From Gemmatimonas sp. (GTDB lineage: Bacteria; Gemmatimonadota; Gemmatimonadetes; Gemmatimonadales; Gemmatimonadaceae): a stretch of 64,000 nucleotides of DNA. The stretch lies in NCBI GenBank assembly GCA_031414535.1, contig JANNVQ010000054.1, forward strand, positions 1-64,000. The letters run 5' to 3'. Numbering within the stretch: position 1 is the first letter of the stretch; each line of letters opens with the position of its first letter. The position numbers were made by a program, and so were the translations under genes. This document shows positions 28,937-39,052 of the stretch, one piece after another. The notes under the pieces are model-generated. The model made no database searches and was not told the DNA's origin. It saw nothing but the letters and a program-made list of their open reading frames with translations.

Positions 28937-30709
28937 TCAGGTCGTCCGGGGACGATCCCGAAACACGGCGCCGAGCTGTTTGAAAATCTTCGCCAGCCCG
29001 GAATTGGACCGCCGCTCTTCGCGCGAGACGGAGCGTACGACTTCGCGCCATGCGGCGCGCATCGTTTCTGCATCGGCAAAGCGCTTGGCAGGATCTGGCG
29101 CGAGCGCGCGTTTGAGCCAAGCGGCGACAATATCGGGAAACGCCGAAAGGTCCACACGGCCGGCCAGTTGCGCGGCGAGAATGGCTCGGCCGTCTTCGCC
29201 ATCAAAAGGGACCTTGCCCGTGAGCGAAAAAATCACGATGCCTGCCACCGCGAAGAGATCGGTGGCCACGCCCTGCTCCTCACCGAGCAACTGCTCGGGC
29301 GCCGCAAAGTTCGGCGTACCCGAGGCTCCAGCTTTCTGCGACCCCAAGGCGTTGGCAATACCAAAGTCGGCGATGCGCCAGCGGCGATAGCGGTCAATCA
29401 GAATGTTCTCAGGCTTCAGGTCGCGATGGATGATGCCCGCGCCGTGCGCCACGGCCAGACCATCGAGCACAGCATCCACCTGAGTCGCAATTTCCGCGAA
29501 CGGCCGCGGACCCGAGCGCTTCACGAGATCCGCCACGGAGCCTTCTTCCTCGAGCTCCATGATGTACCAGTTCACGTCGCCCTTGTTATCCCACGCGAAG
29601 ATCGGAACGATGGCCGGATGCTGAAGCTGTGCTGCCAACTGGGCCTCGCGCCGGAAGCGCCCCACGGCCGTCGCATTCCGCGCCACCGTCGGGTGCAACA
29701 TCTTGAGCGCCACTTCACGCTCCAGCGAGAGATCACGCACGCGCCACACGCTACCGTATGTGCCCTGCCCCAAAGGCGCGAGCACTTCGTAATCGTCACC
29801 CGTAGCCCACCGCAGGCGGTCCTCTTCGCTCACGGCGGCGTGCTCGCCGCTCGCTTGCTCCGTCCCCGGGAAGGCGAGGGACGCCGTACCGGAAATGCGC
29901 TCGATGCGACGCAGCATTCCAGCGATGGAGGAAAAACGCTCCGCTGGATCGTCGTGGAGCATGCGGTCTACAAGATCGGCGACCGTGGCCGGCGTGTCGG
30001 GTCGTGCGAGGCGAATCGGTGGCGTGGCGCCAGCCACCGGCACCTCTCCCGTGAGCAAGGCGAAGGCCAAGGCACCCAATTGCCATTGGTCCGCAGCAGG
30101 GCTCGGCCTCCAAGCGCCCTTCCACTCGGGGGCGTACGGGCACCACGCCGGATCGGGCACGATGCCAGCCGGTCGCTCATCCGCCGAAACCGCCCACTGC
30201 CAACCCAACAACCAGACGCGGCCCGTCGGCGTGAAGTACACGGATCCCGGCGCAATCGCGCCGTGCTGACCACCAGAGTCGTGTAAGTACGCGAGCGTGG
30301 AGCCGATGGCGCGTAACATGCGCAGCGCAAAGGGCACGGCCTCTGGACCGCCGGTCCGATGCAGGCGCTCGAGAATCGTCTCGCCGGTAATCCAGCGACG
30401 CAGGTACCCTGGCCCGCGACGGCTTCCGGGATGTTGCTGCCAGAAGTGATACGTGGTGGGCACGCTCGGATGGTTTCTGAGCGCCAAGGCACGCGCTTCG
30501 TTGAACAACCAGCCGTGATGCGCCGAATCCGGCGCCGTGACCAGCGCCAGCGAACGGCCCAGCGAGTCAATCACCTCATGCGCGTAGCGATGAGGCGTGT
30601 ACACGCCTCCCACCCCCCAGCGCCAATCAGGGGGCAGTTGCCAATCCGCAAGATGCGGAGGGATTCCGGTAGCGTGGCGGCTCGGGAGCGCGTGCTCGTT
30701 GGTATGCAT
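28937..30709 (-). CDS. Ser/Thr protein kinase with N-terminal pseudokinase domain
   Basis: C-terminal domain has GQGTYG, VALK, HRDLKPEN, DFG and APE. N-terminal domain is kinase-like but degenerate. Confidence 0.85.
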   Translation of the reverse strand: MHTNEHALPSRHATGIPPHLADWQLPPDWRWGVGGVYTPHRYAHEVIDSLGRSLALVTAPDSAHHGWLFNEARALALRNHPSVPTTYHFWQQHPGSRRGPGYLRRWITGETILERLHRTGGPEAVPFALRMLRAIGSTLAYLHDSGGQHGAIAPGSVYFTPTGRVWLLGWQWAVSADERPAGIVPDPAWCPYAPEWKGAWRPSPAADQWQLGALAFALLTGEVPVAGATPPIRLARPDTPATVADLVDRMLHDDPAERFSSIAGMLRRIERISGTASLAFPGTEQASGEHAAVSEEDRLRWATGDDYEVLAPLGQGTYGSVWRVRDLSLEREVALKMLHPTVARNATAVGRFRREAQLAAQLQHPAIVPIFAWDNKGDVNWYIMELEEEGSVADLVKRSGPRPFAEIATQVDAVLDGLAVAHGAGIIHRDLKPENILIDRYRRWRIADFGIANALGSQKAGASGTPNFAAPEQLLGEEQGVATDLFAVAGIVIFSLTGKVPFDGEDGRAILAAQLAGRVDLSAFPDIVAAWLKRALAPDPAKRFADAETMRAAWREVVRSVSREERRSNSGLAKIFKQLGAVFRDRPRTT

Positions 30710-30725
30710 CGCCCCTGCAAGATAC

Positions 30726-33700
30726 TCAGCCGATGCGGGTGCGAGCTAATCGGATATTCAATACCGCGCCGCCCGGGCTTCCTCGCTCGGCGTTGATGCT
30801 CCCGCCCCAGCCGTCAATCAGCCGCCTGCTGATGGCGAGGCCTAGGCCACTACCGCTGGTGCGCGTGGAGAAGTGTGGGTCAAAAATGCGCGACAACAAA
30901 TGCTCGGGAATGCCGCTGCCATTATCCGACACCTGCACGAGGGCTCCCTCCGCGTCCTCCATGACGGCAAGGCGGACGCTGGTGGCCCCAGCGAGGCGGG
31001 CGTTCTCCAGAAGGTTCAGCAAGACTTCGCGTAGCTCACGGGCTCGCGCGTTTGCCATGACTGGCGCACTCGGGATGGAAGCCTCCCACGCCACCTCCGC
31101 CTGCCCCATGCGCTCGAGCTCCAGAACGTCCCGCGCCACCGCCGCCACGTCCACCACCTCAGCGGGAAGCTCGCGCTCCGGCGCCGAACCGTAGCGACTG
31201 AATGCCCGCGCAATCTCGTCCAAGCGGTCAATCTCGGCGAGGATGCGCGTGGTGTTCTCGTCGAGCACGCGGTCAAAGTCTACGCGCGCGTCGTGCCGCG
31301 CCCGGCGCAGATGCTGCATGCCCAGACGCATCGGGGTCAGCGGATTCTTAATCTCATGGGCGACCTGCCGCGCCATCTCGCCCCAAGCCAGCACGCGCTC
31401 GGCGCGCGCCACTTCCGTCACGTCTTCCATGGTGACCACCGTCCGCCGCGAGCCCGGAGCGATGCGCGTCAGACGCACGCTTAAGCGCCGACCCATATGC
31501 TCCAACTCAAACGCGCCATCGTCGCTGGAGTTAGCGCGGAACTCCTCAAGGCGATGACTCAGCAGGGTCATCACGGCTTCAGGTGCCGCTCCTCCAACGG
31601 CCAAGGACTCCCCAAGCAGCGCCTCGGCCCGAGGGTTCGCAAACGTGAGTCGGTCACCTTCATCGAGCGCCAAAACGCCGGATGCCACGCTCCGCAGCGT
31701 GGCCGCAAGACGACGCTCCGCAGTCTCCAATGCCTCGCGGCTTTCGGCCAAGTCCGTGGTCATTCGGCCAAACGCGCGAAACACAGGCGCGAATTCCACC
31801 GGTGGATCTTCACGCAACGGAACCACCGGTCGGCCGCGCGCGAGGGCGAGGGCGTTGTCGCGCAACTCGCGAATGGGACGCGAGAGCTGACGCGACGCGG
31901 CGCCGCTGGCCCACAGCGCACCCAAGGCGCCAAGCGCCAGGGCAAACAGCAGGAATACTGCGAGGTCATTGCGACGGCGGTCCAACAGACGATCATCAAG
32001 GCGCGCGGGCGCGGCGAGCACATACTGCAGGCCAGCGGAATCCGTCGCGGCGCGATAGCCGAGCCGCACGGCAGCGGCGCCCACTTCTTGCTCACTGCCA
32101 GTCGTGACCTCATCGCTCTCCGCCAGCGTCGCCATCACGCTCGGGGGCAAGAGCCGGCCGACGGGAGCCAAAGCATCCAGCAAGGGATCACTCGTGGCGA
32201 GGAGCAAACCCTGTGCATAGAGGAACAGCGGCGTCTCGAACCGCGCCGAAGCTTGAGCCAAAGTCACGTCCTGCGCGGCCACGGCGCGCAGGGTCTCACG
32301 CACCAAGAGATCGCGCGACTGTCGGTCGTCTGCGTTCAGGCGACGGAACGACCAAAGGCCAAAGAGTAGCGAAGGCACGAGGAAGGCCACGAATAGCGCG
32401 GCGGAGAGCCGCGCTCGGTAGCTGCCCAACAGTTCGCGGCGCCGCTGCCGCCACCAGCGAGGCAACGCACCCTCGGCGGCGACGATGAGCAACCAGATGC
32501 TACCGAGCACCGCCAGATCCACTAGGACGAGCAGCACCCCGCGCGTCACCAGCGCACCAAACGATCGCAGGTCCACAACGGCGTGCAAGCGCCGTGAAAG
32601 TCCAGCGCTGCTCGGCAGTTCCCAGTCCCCATGCAACTCGTTCCCGTTTCGCGTCCAGCGACCGCGGCCCGACGCGTTAGCGCTCCCGACTTCTGGGGCG
32701 GCATCGCCAATGCGCAAGGCATACGGTGGCTCCGGCGCAGGGGGAGGCGTGAAGCCCAGTAAGGCGCCGAAAGGATCTTGCGCGACGAGACGTGAGCGCG
32801 GTGCCACCACGATGGTGGTAGCCGATCCGTCGGCGTGCGGGAGCGCAAGGATGACGTGCAGTCCTGGATTGCCCTGCGTCTCGGTGAGGATTGGCGTCAG
32901 GCGTCGCTGCGCCTCTGCGGCAATGAGATTCACGCCCGGCGTGACGCCAGCGGCGCGACCCACCGTCAGTTCCGCGATCAAAGATCCGTCCGCATCCCAA
33001 GTCGCCATCTCGGTGGGATACTCAGCGCGTGCGAGCTCGGTGCGTGCGAGCTGCGCGAGCAGCTCGACGCGGCTCCGGGCCGCGCGGCTCGGGTCCAGAG
33101 ATTCGGCAAAGCGGTCAAGCAATACCGCGCGATCCCGATCGGGGCGCTCGAGTCCCTGCACGTCACGCACGGCGAGGTCCACGCGCTCGCGCACGGCAGA
33201 GAACCAGGTGAGCGTGGTGGCGCCGAACGCCGCCACCAGCGCCACGGGCACCACGATGGCCCGAGCGCGCCGCGTGATGGCGAGCGCAGCAATGGCTGCG
33301 GCCCAGAGCACGGTATATGCCTGAGGGAATCGTCCCGGGGCCTCGAGCAGCAGGGGCGCGAGGAAAGCCGCCACCATCGCGAGGGCTGGCGCGCTCCAGA
33401 GTGGAAGTCCGCGATCGCCGCCCAGTGCACTCTGACCCGCCGTCACCCCGAGAAGCAGCACAGTGACCGAAGCAAGAAACAGCGTCACCTGCCACGAGAG
33501 CCACAGGTCCACGGGCACCCCGACCGCTGGGACCTGCACGCCGCCGGCAAGCTCACGAAGCAGGAAGGGCCCTAAGCCCGCGATGATAATGACGGCGAAC
33601 GCACCTTGCGTCCGCGAGAGAAAACGTGGACGCGCTCGGCGTAGCGTCAGCAGCGCCAGAAGCATCAAGGCCGCGGTGAGGGCCAATGCCGCCGCGTTGG

Positions 33701-34769
33701 CCGTGTAGCGGCCACCAGCCGTCACGAGGTAGAACGTCGGGTCAAACACCGTGCTCAGGTTAGAGAACACGCTGAGCGGTAACAGCGTCGGCAACGCCAA
33801 ACCCGCGGCGATGGCGAGCACCCGAGGCCGATGTCCGAGGTCTCGCCGCCACGCCAAGGCGAGCAAGGCCAAGAGCATGAGAAAGAGCGAGGCACCAAGC
33901 CAGGGCAAGCTTCGCTCCCAGGCTGATGCGATGAGGTTTTCGACCGTCGGTGTGTTGGCGCGCGCCGCCAGGATGGGCAGACTGTCCACGGCGAGCAGCA
34001 CCGCGTCGGACACGCTCGTGACCGCGTCCGGGGACGCATACACGAAACCGTCCACGCCCGTCTCGCGAGCCACGCGGTCCGCGACGGTATGGGTCAGGGC
34101 ATCAGCGGGGGGTTCGGCGTGAATGACGCTCGTTGCGACGGCAAGGAGCGGCCCGCGTTCGGCAATCGCGTAGGCCACCAAATAGAATGGCGTGCCAATC
34201 ATCCCAGTCCGCGATGGCAGGGAATCGAGGGCAATCAATAGACGGCCACTCCAAGCTTCGGGTCGCCCACCACGCGCCACGATGACGGCCCGCTCGCCTC
34301 CTGGAGGCACAAGATTCGCGAGGGTCGCAAAGGCCACACCCGGCTCCGTAGGCGTAGCCGAGGCCGCCAAGGCAGCCGCCGCGATACGTATCAACGCTTG
34401 GCCTTCGGCCCGCACTTCCACGGCCAACGCGGCCGATGCCTCGCGCGCGAGGGCCTCTCGAATGGCGGGCCCTCGACGCTCCAAAGCCGCCACAGCACGG
34501 TGGTATTGGATGGCCGTGAATGCGAAAACGGCGGCGGCGAGCGTGAATACGAGCCTCCGCAGGAAAGCCACCCGGCGGTCCCTGAAGACCACGATCGCCA
34601 ATACGGCGAGGCCCAGCGCCAGCACCAGCGCGAGGATTCCCGAAGGCGCGCGGAGCCAAAGCGCAGCGGCTACGGTGAACGCGGCCGCACCCCAGAGCCA
34701 GAGCTCGCCTCCGGCTCTGGCTCCCAACCGAGGTTTCGCAATGACCGGTGTTTGGGCCGTCGAGTCCAC
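30726..34769 (-). CDS. Large polytopic membrane histidine kinase (NtrY-like)
   Basis: Many TM segments, HAMP, PAS-like region, AWGEMARQVAHEIKNPLTP, DNGSG, GSGLGL. Confidence 0.85.
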   Translation of the reverse strand: MDSTAQTPVIAKPRLGARAGGELWLWGAAAFTVAAALWLRAPSGILALVLALGLAVLAIVVFRDRRVAFLRRLVFTLAAAVFAFTAIQYHRAVAALERRGPAIREALAREASAALAVEVRAEGQALIRIAAAALAASATPTEPGVAFATLANLVPPGGERAVIVARGGRPEAWSGRLLIALDSLPSRTGMIGTPFYLVAYAIAERGPLLAVATSVIHAEPPADALTHTVADRVARETGVDGFVYASPDAVTSVSDAVLLAVDSLPILAARANTPTVENLIASAWERSLPWLGASLFLMLLALLALAWRRDLGHRPRVLAIAAGLALPTLLPLSVFSNLSTVFDPTFYLVTAGGRYTANAAALALTAALMLLALLTLRRARPRFLSRTQGAFAVIIIAGLGPFLLRELAGGVQVPAVGVPVDLWLSWQVTLFLASVTVLLLGVTAGQSALGGDRGLPLWSAPALAMVAAFLAPLLLEAPGRFPQAYTVLWAAAIAALAITRRARAIVVPVALVAAFGATTLTWFSAVRERVDLAVRDVQGLERPDRDRAVLLDRFAESLDPSRAARSRVELLAQLARTELARAEYPTEMATWDADGSLIAELTVGRAAGVTPGVNLIAAEAQRRLTPILTETQGNPGLHVILALPHADGSATTIVVAPRSRLVAQDPFGALLGFTPPPAPEPPYALRIGDAAPEVGSANASGRGRWTRNGNELHGDWELPSSAGLSRRLHAVVDLRSFGALVTRGVLLVLVDLAVLGSIWLLIVAAEGALPRWWRQRRRELLGSYRARLSAALFVAFLVPSLLFGLWSFRRLNADDRQSRDLLVRETLRAVAAQDVTLAQASARFETPLFLYAQGLLLATSDPLLDALAPVGRLLPPSVMATLAESDEVTTGSEQEVGAAAVRLGYRAATDSAGLQYVLAAPARLDDRLLDRRRNDLAVFLLFALALGALGALWASGAASRQLSRPIRELRDNALALARGRPVVPLREDPPVEFAPVFRAFGRMTTDLAESREALETAERRLAATLRSVASGVLALDEGDRLTFANPRAEALLGESLAVGGAAPEAVMTLLSHRLEEFRANSSDDGAFELEHMGRRLSVRLTRIAPGSRRTVVTMEDVTEVARAERVLAWGEMARQVAHEIKNPLTPMRLGMQHLRRARHDARVDFDRVLDENTTRILAEIDRLDEIARAFSRYGSAPERELPAEVVDVAAVARDVLELERMGQAEVAWEASIPSAPVMANARARELREVLLNLLENARLAGATSVRLAVMEDAEGALVQVSDNGSGIPEHLLSRIFDPHFSTRTSGSGLGLAISRRLIDGWGGSINAERGSPGGAVLNIRLARTRIG

Positions 34770-34823
34770 GCGGGAGTATACCCGAGAGTCGGGCGTCCAA
34801 GACAGGGCGACTAGATTCCCTGT

Positions 34824-35522
34824 GTGCCGCTACTCCGACTCCTCCTGCTGCTCGCCGTCGTAACGCCTACCCTACCGGCACAGGTGACAATCCTCGACGA
34901 GGGCACCTTTTCGCGTTCCGTGAACGGGACGCGAGTGGGCCGTGAGGATTTCAGCATCCGTGCGGCTCGGTCCACGCCGGGCGCAGTGTTCGTTGCACAG
35001 GCGAACGTCCTCGAAGGCGAACAGCGCCGAACAGTAGTCCTCAATGCCGACTCACTGGGTGGTCCCGTCCGCTTCCAACTGGAGTCCCGCGAGGCCAATA
35101 CGGTGGTCGGTAGCGTGGTTGGAGAACGTCAGCGTTCTCTCTGGTCAGGACGTATTCTCACCCAGAGACGGGAATCCGCGCGCGAGCTTCCCCTTCCTGC
35201 TGACGTGTTCATCGCGGAAGCGGGGGTCGTACATGCGCTGTGGTTCGTGTTGCGGTTTGGGCAGGATCGAGACGTGGTGCTTTTCGCGCCCAGCGGCCCC
35301 TCCCAAGACACGGTCCGCATCAGCAAGGGGAGTACAGACAGCGTGACGGTGGCCGGCCGGGTGCTCGAGGCCGTGCGCTGGACCCTCCACGATGCAGGTG
35401 ATGGCAGGTTGCTTTGGGAGATTTGGCTGGACGCGGCGGGACGGATTCTGCGGGCTCGACATCCGGCCACGGGGCTGGAGGCCCTCCGCGACGATCCACC
35501 GTCTGAAACCACCAGCCGGTAG
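34824..35522 (+). CDS. Hypothetical secreted protein
   Basis: Signal peptide and beta-rich body, 51 bp upstream of the TolC gene. Confidence 0.6.
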   Translation: MPLLRLLLLLAVVTPTLPAQVTILDEGTFSRSVNGTRVGREDFSIRAARSTPGAVFVAQANVLEGEQRRTVVLNADSLGGPVRFQLESREANTVVGSVVGERQRSLWSGRILTQRRESARELPLPADVFIAEAGVVHALWFVLRFGQDRDVVLFAPSGPSQDTVRISKGSTDSVTVAGRVLEAVRWTLHDAGDGRLLWEIWLDAAGRILRARHPATGLEALRDDPPSETTSR

Positions 35523-35573
35523 GGCGCGTACACTGGGCAGAGTCCCTCTTTAATTACGACCAGGAAATCCTCG

Positions 35574-36932
35574 ATGCGTCCGTTTGTATCTCTAATGCTG
35601 GTGCTGGTGGCGGCACTGAACGTCGGGGCGCAGGCCGCGCCGACGAGTACGCTGACCCTCGACCAAGCCCTCGAGATCGCCGCGAAGAACAATCCGGCCT
35701 ATCAGCAGGCTCTCCTCGGTCGGAATCGCGCGCAAGCGCAGGTTCGAGCCGCCTACGGCACCTTGCTGCCAAGTGCAGACGCATCCGGAAGCCTCGGGTT
35801 TCGTGAAGGCCGTCCACAGAACTTCGGCGGCTTGTCCTTCGGCGCGAGTTCGGACATCGTCTCGTCCAACTGGAATCTCTCAGCCAACTCGCGGCTCTCC
35901 TGGAACACGTTCAACCAGATCCGCCGCGCCAATGCCTCACTGGACGCCGCTGATGCGGACGTGGCAGCGGCTCAGTTCCAGCTCAGCGCCCAAGTACAGC
36001 AGCAGTTCCTGCTCGCGCTCCAAACGCAGGCGCGCGCGGATTTTCAAGACACGCTCGTTGTCCAGCAGCGCCTCCAACTCGAACTCACGCAGGCCCGCGC
36101 TGGCGTGGGCTCGCTGACCTCGCTTGATGTGAAGCGCGCTGAGGTGGGACTCGGCCAGCAAGAAGTCGCCGCACTGCGTGCCCGTAACACTGCGGACGTT
36201 GCCAAGCTGCAGTTGTACCAGCAGCTCGGCGTGACCATGCCGGAGCGCGTGAGTCTCACCGCCAACCTGACGATGGCGCCGGTCACGATGACCGTGACCG
36301 ACCTCCTCGAGACGGCCCGCCGCGTCAATCCGGCGCTCAAGGCCGTGAATGCCCGCGCCGAGGCGGCGCAGGCCAACGTCAACGCCGCTCGCGGCGAGTA
36401 CACGCCCACCCTGAGCTTCAGCGCGAATGTCTCGGCCTTCACGCAGAAGCAATTGGATTTCGACACCACTGGGCTGCCCCCGGCCCAGCAGGCGCAAATC
36501 CTTGCATCCAACGCGCGCTATCCGTTCGACTTCACGCGCAATCCTTACAATCTCTCAATGGGGCTTTCGATCCCGTTGTTTGACGGCTTCGGTCGCGAGA
36601 CTCGCCTCCAAGAAGCCAACGCGTTCCGCGAAGACGCCCGTTACAGCATTCGGCGTCAGGAGCTTCAGCTCACGGCCGACGTCACGTCGGCCTTTGTGAC
36701 GCTACAGGCTGCGTTCCGCGCCGCTGAACTCCAGCAGCGCACCGCCGTCACCGCACGGGAGGCATTGCAGCTGGCCGAGGAGCGTTACCGCGTTGGAGCT
36801 TCAACCTTCGTGGACCTTACGACGGCGCGCAGTGAGTTTGAGCGCGCCGAGACGGACCGCATTGATGCCGTATATGAATTCCACCGGGCGTTCGCGGCGT
36901 TGGAGAACGCCGTCGGCCGCTCGCTTCGCTGA
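35574..36932 (+). CDS. TolC family outer-membrane efflux protein
   Basis: LTLDQALEIAAKNNP, two OEP repeats, SIPLFDGF, AEERYRVG. Confidence 0.9.
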   Translation: MRPFVSLMLVLVAALNVGAQAAPTSTLTLDQALEIAAKNNPAYQQALLGRNRAQAQVRAAYGTLLPSADASGSLGFREGRPQNFGGLSFGASSDIVSSNWNLSANSRLSWNTFNQIRRANASLDAADADVAAAQFQLSAQVQQQFLLALQTQARADFQDTLVVQQRLQLELTQARAGVGSLTSLDVKRAEVGLGQQEVAALRARNTADVAKLQLYQQLGVTMPERVSLTANLTMAPVTMTVTDLLETARRVNPALKAVNARAEAAQANVNAARGEYTPTLSFSANVSAFTQKQLDFDTTGLPPAQQAQILASNARYPFDFTRNPYNLSMGLSIPLFDGFGRETRLQEANAFREDARYSIRRQELQLTADVTSAFVTLQAAFRAAELQQRTAVTAREALQLAEERYRVGASTFVDLTTARSEFERAETDRIDAVYEFHRAFAALENAVGRSLR

Positions 36933-36946
36933 GGTTTGAGCTCGTC

Positions 36947-38221
36947 ATGACTAAGAAGACCAAGATTGGAATCGCCATCGTCGTCGTCGTTGCCATCGGC
37001 GCCGTGGTGGCTTCCGCTGCGGCCAAAGGCAAGAACAAAGGCGCGATGGTGCGCATCGAGGCCGTGGAGGCGCGCGACCTCGTCGCCTCGGTGACGGCTT
37101 CGGGACAGGTGCTCCCCACGCGAAAGGCGGATCTCTCCGCCGACATCACCGGACGCATCACGCGCATCTCCGTGAAGGAAGGCGATGAAGTTCGCGAGGG
37201 GCAGTTCCTCCTCCAGATTGACCCGCAGCAGTTCTCCGCGCAGGTGCAGCGCGCCGAGGCCTCGTTGGCCAACGCCCGCGCCGGCCTGGCACAGTCGCGC
37301 GCGAACCTCTTGCAGGCCCAGCGCAATTACGAGCGGCAGCAGGAGATTCGGAAGACCAACGAGGCGCTCGTCTCCGCCGCAGAACTTGAGCAGTTAGAAA
37401 CGCAGTTCGAAGTAAACCAAGCGCTCCAGACGGCCGCACAGGAGAACGTGAAGCAGGCCGAGGCCTCGCTCACGGACGCACGTTGGCAGCTCTCGCGGAC
37501 GACGATTTACGCGCCCATGACCGGCCGCGTGACGCGCTTGAACGTGGAAGTCGGCGAAACGGCCATCATGGGCACCATGAATCGCGACCAGGCCATCTTG
37601 CTCACGATCTCGGACATGTCTGTGCTCGAGACCAAGGTGAAGGTGGACGAGACTGACGTTTCGCGCATTAGCCTCGGCGACTCGGCCGTCGTGCAAATCG
37701 ACGCCTTCCCTGATACGACCTTCATCGGTCGCGTCGTGGAGATTTCGAACAGCTCGGTGCGCGGCGCGACGGCCAGCACCACCGACCAAGCGATTGACTA
37801 CGAAGTGACCGTCCGCATCCTCAACGCGCCGCCCGAGACTCGCCCGGACTTCTCGTCCACGGCCAAGATTGTCACGGACTCGCGCGCGCAAGTTCTCTCG
37901 ATTCCGATCATCGCGCTGACCGTCCGTGAAAACGAAGCCTTGGCGACCAATGACGCCGCGCCCAACGCGGCGCAGAGCACCACGCCTCAGGTGGGCAAGC
38001 GCGACGTCGAAGGTGTGTTCGTCGTCGGCGCTGACAATAAGGTCACCTTCCGCCCCGTGCGGGTCGGCATCGCCGGTGAGAAGCACTTTGAAGTCCTCGA
38101 GGGGCTTGAGGCCGGCACCCGCATTGTTGCAGGTACCTATCAGGCCATCCGCGAGTTGAAGGATGGGCAGGTCATCCGTGAGCAGCCAGCCGCCACCGCG
38201 ACAGAAACCAAGACCCCGTAA
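36947..38221 (+). CDS. MacA/HlyD-type periplasmic adaptor (MFP)
   Basis: N-terminal TM, VKEGD.V.EGQ lipoyl half, IYAPMTG, VDETD, IDAFPD. Confidence 0.92.
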   Translation: MTKKTKIGIAIVVVVAIGAVVASAAAKGKNKGAMVRIEAVEARDLVASVTASGQVLPTRKADLSADITGRITRISVKEGDEVREGQFLLQIDPQQFSAQVQRAEASLANARAGLAQSRANLLQAQRNYERQQEIRKTNEALVSAAELEQLETQFEVNQALQTAAQENVKQAEASLTDARWQLSRTTIYAPMTGRVTRLNVEVGETAIMGTMNRDQAILLTISDMSVLETKVKVDETDVSRISLGDSAVVQIDAFPDTTFIGRVVEISNSSVRGATASTTDQAIDYEVTVRILNAPPETRPDFSSTAKIVTDSRAQVLSIPIIALTVRENEALATNDAAPNAAQSTTPQVGKRDVEGVFVVGADNKVTFRPVRVGIAGEKHFEVLEGLEAGTRIVAGTYQAIRELKDGQVIREQPAATATETKTP

Positions 38222-38230
38222 GGAGCCAGC

Positions 38231-39034
38231 GTGACCACCGAGAACGAGTACGAAGCACCACTGAGCACGACGGCCGAACGAAAGGCGGTCGTGACCTCGG
38301 CCGGCGACGCCCCTGGCAAGGAATGGGTCATCGTCACGCGCGGGTTGAAGCGCGAGTACGACATGGGCGGCGAAATCGTCCGCGCGCTTCGCGGCGTGGA
38401 TCTCGCCGTGAAACGCAATGAATACGTGGCAATCATGGGCCCCTCAGGTTCGGGCAAGTCCACGTTCATGAACATTGTCGGCTGCCTAGATACGCCGAAT
38501 GAGGGCGAGTACTGGCTCAACGGCCAGCTCGTCTCGACGATGAAAGACGATGAACTCGCTCGCGTGCGCAACAAGGAGATTGGCTTCGTCTTCCAGACGT
38601 TTAACCTCCTGCCCCGCGCCTCGGCCTTGCACAACGTGGAACTGCCCTTGGTGTACGCCGGCGTTTCCGCCAGTGAGCGCAAAGAGCGCGCGATGGACGC
38701 GCTGACCAAGGTGCAGTTGGGCGAGCGCGTGCATCACCGGCCAAACGAACTCTCCGGCGGTCAGCGCCAGCGCGTGGCCATCGCCCGTGCCCTCGTAAAC
38801 CGTCCCTCCATCCTGCTCGCCGACGAACCGACCGGCAACCTGGATTCCACAACCTCTGAAGAAATCATGCGCGTATTCGAGAACCTCGCGGACACGGGCC
38901 AGACGGTCATCATGGTGACGCACGAGCCAGACATCGCCGCACACGCGCGGCGCGTGGTCGTGCTGCGTGACGGCCAGATCGCCAGCGACGAGCGTCGCGC
39001 GGCGTTCACTGAGAAGCTCGGCATCACGCTCTAA
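38231..39034 (+). CDS. ABC ATP-binding protein (MacB/LolD type)
   Basis: [42 protein letters not shown]. Confidence 0.95.
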   Translation: MTTENEYEAPLSTTAERKAVVTSAGDAPGKEWVIVTRGLKREYDMGGEIVRALRGVDLAVKRNEYVAIMGPSGSGKSTFMNIVGCLDTPNEGEYWLNGQLVSTMKDDELARVRNKEIGFVFQTFNLLPRASALHNVELPLVYAGVSASERKERAMDALTKVQLGERVHHRPNELSGGQRQRVAIARALVNRPSILLADEPTGNLDSTTSEEIMRVFENLADTGQTVIMVTHEPDIAAHARRVVVLRDGQIASDERRAAFTEKLGITL

Positions 39035-39052
39035 GCACAGCAGAACACCTCC

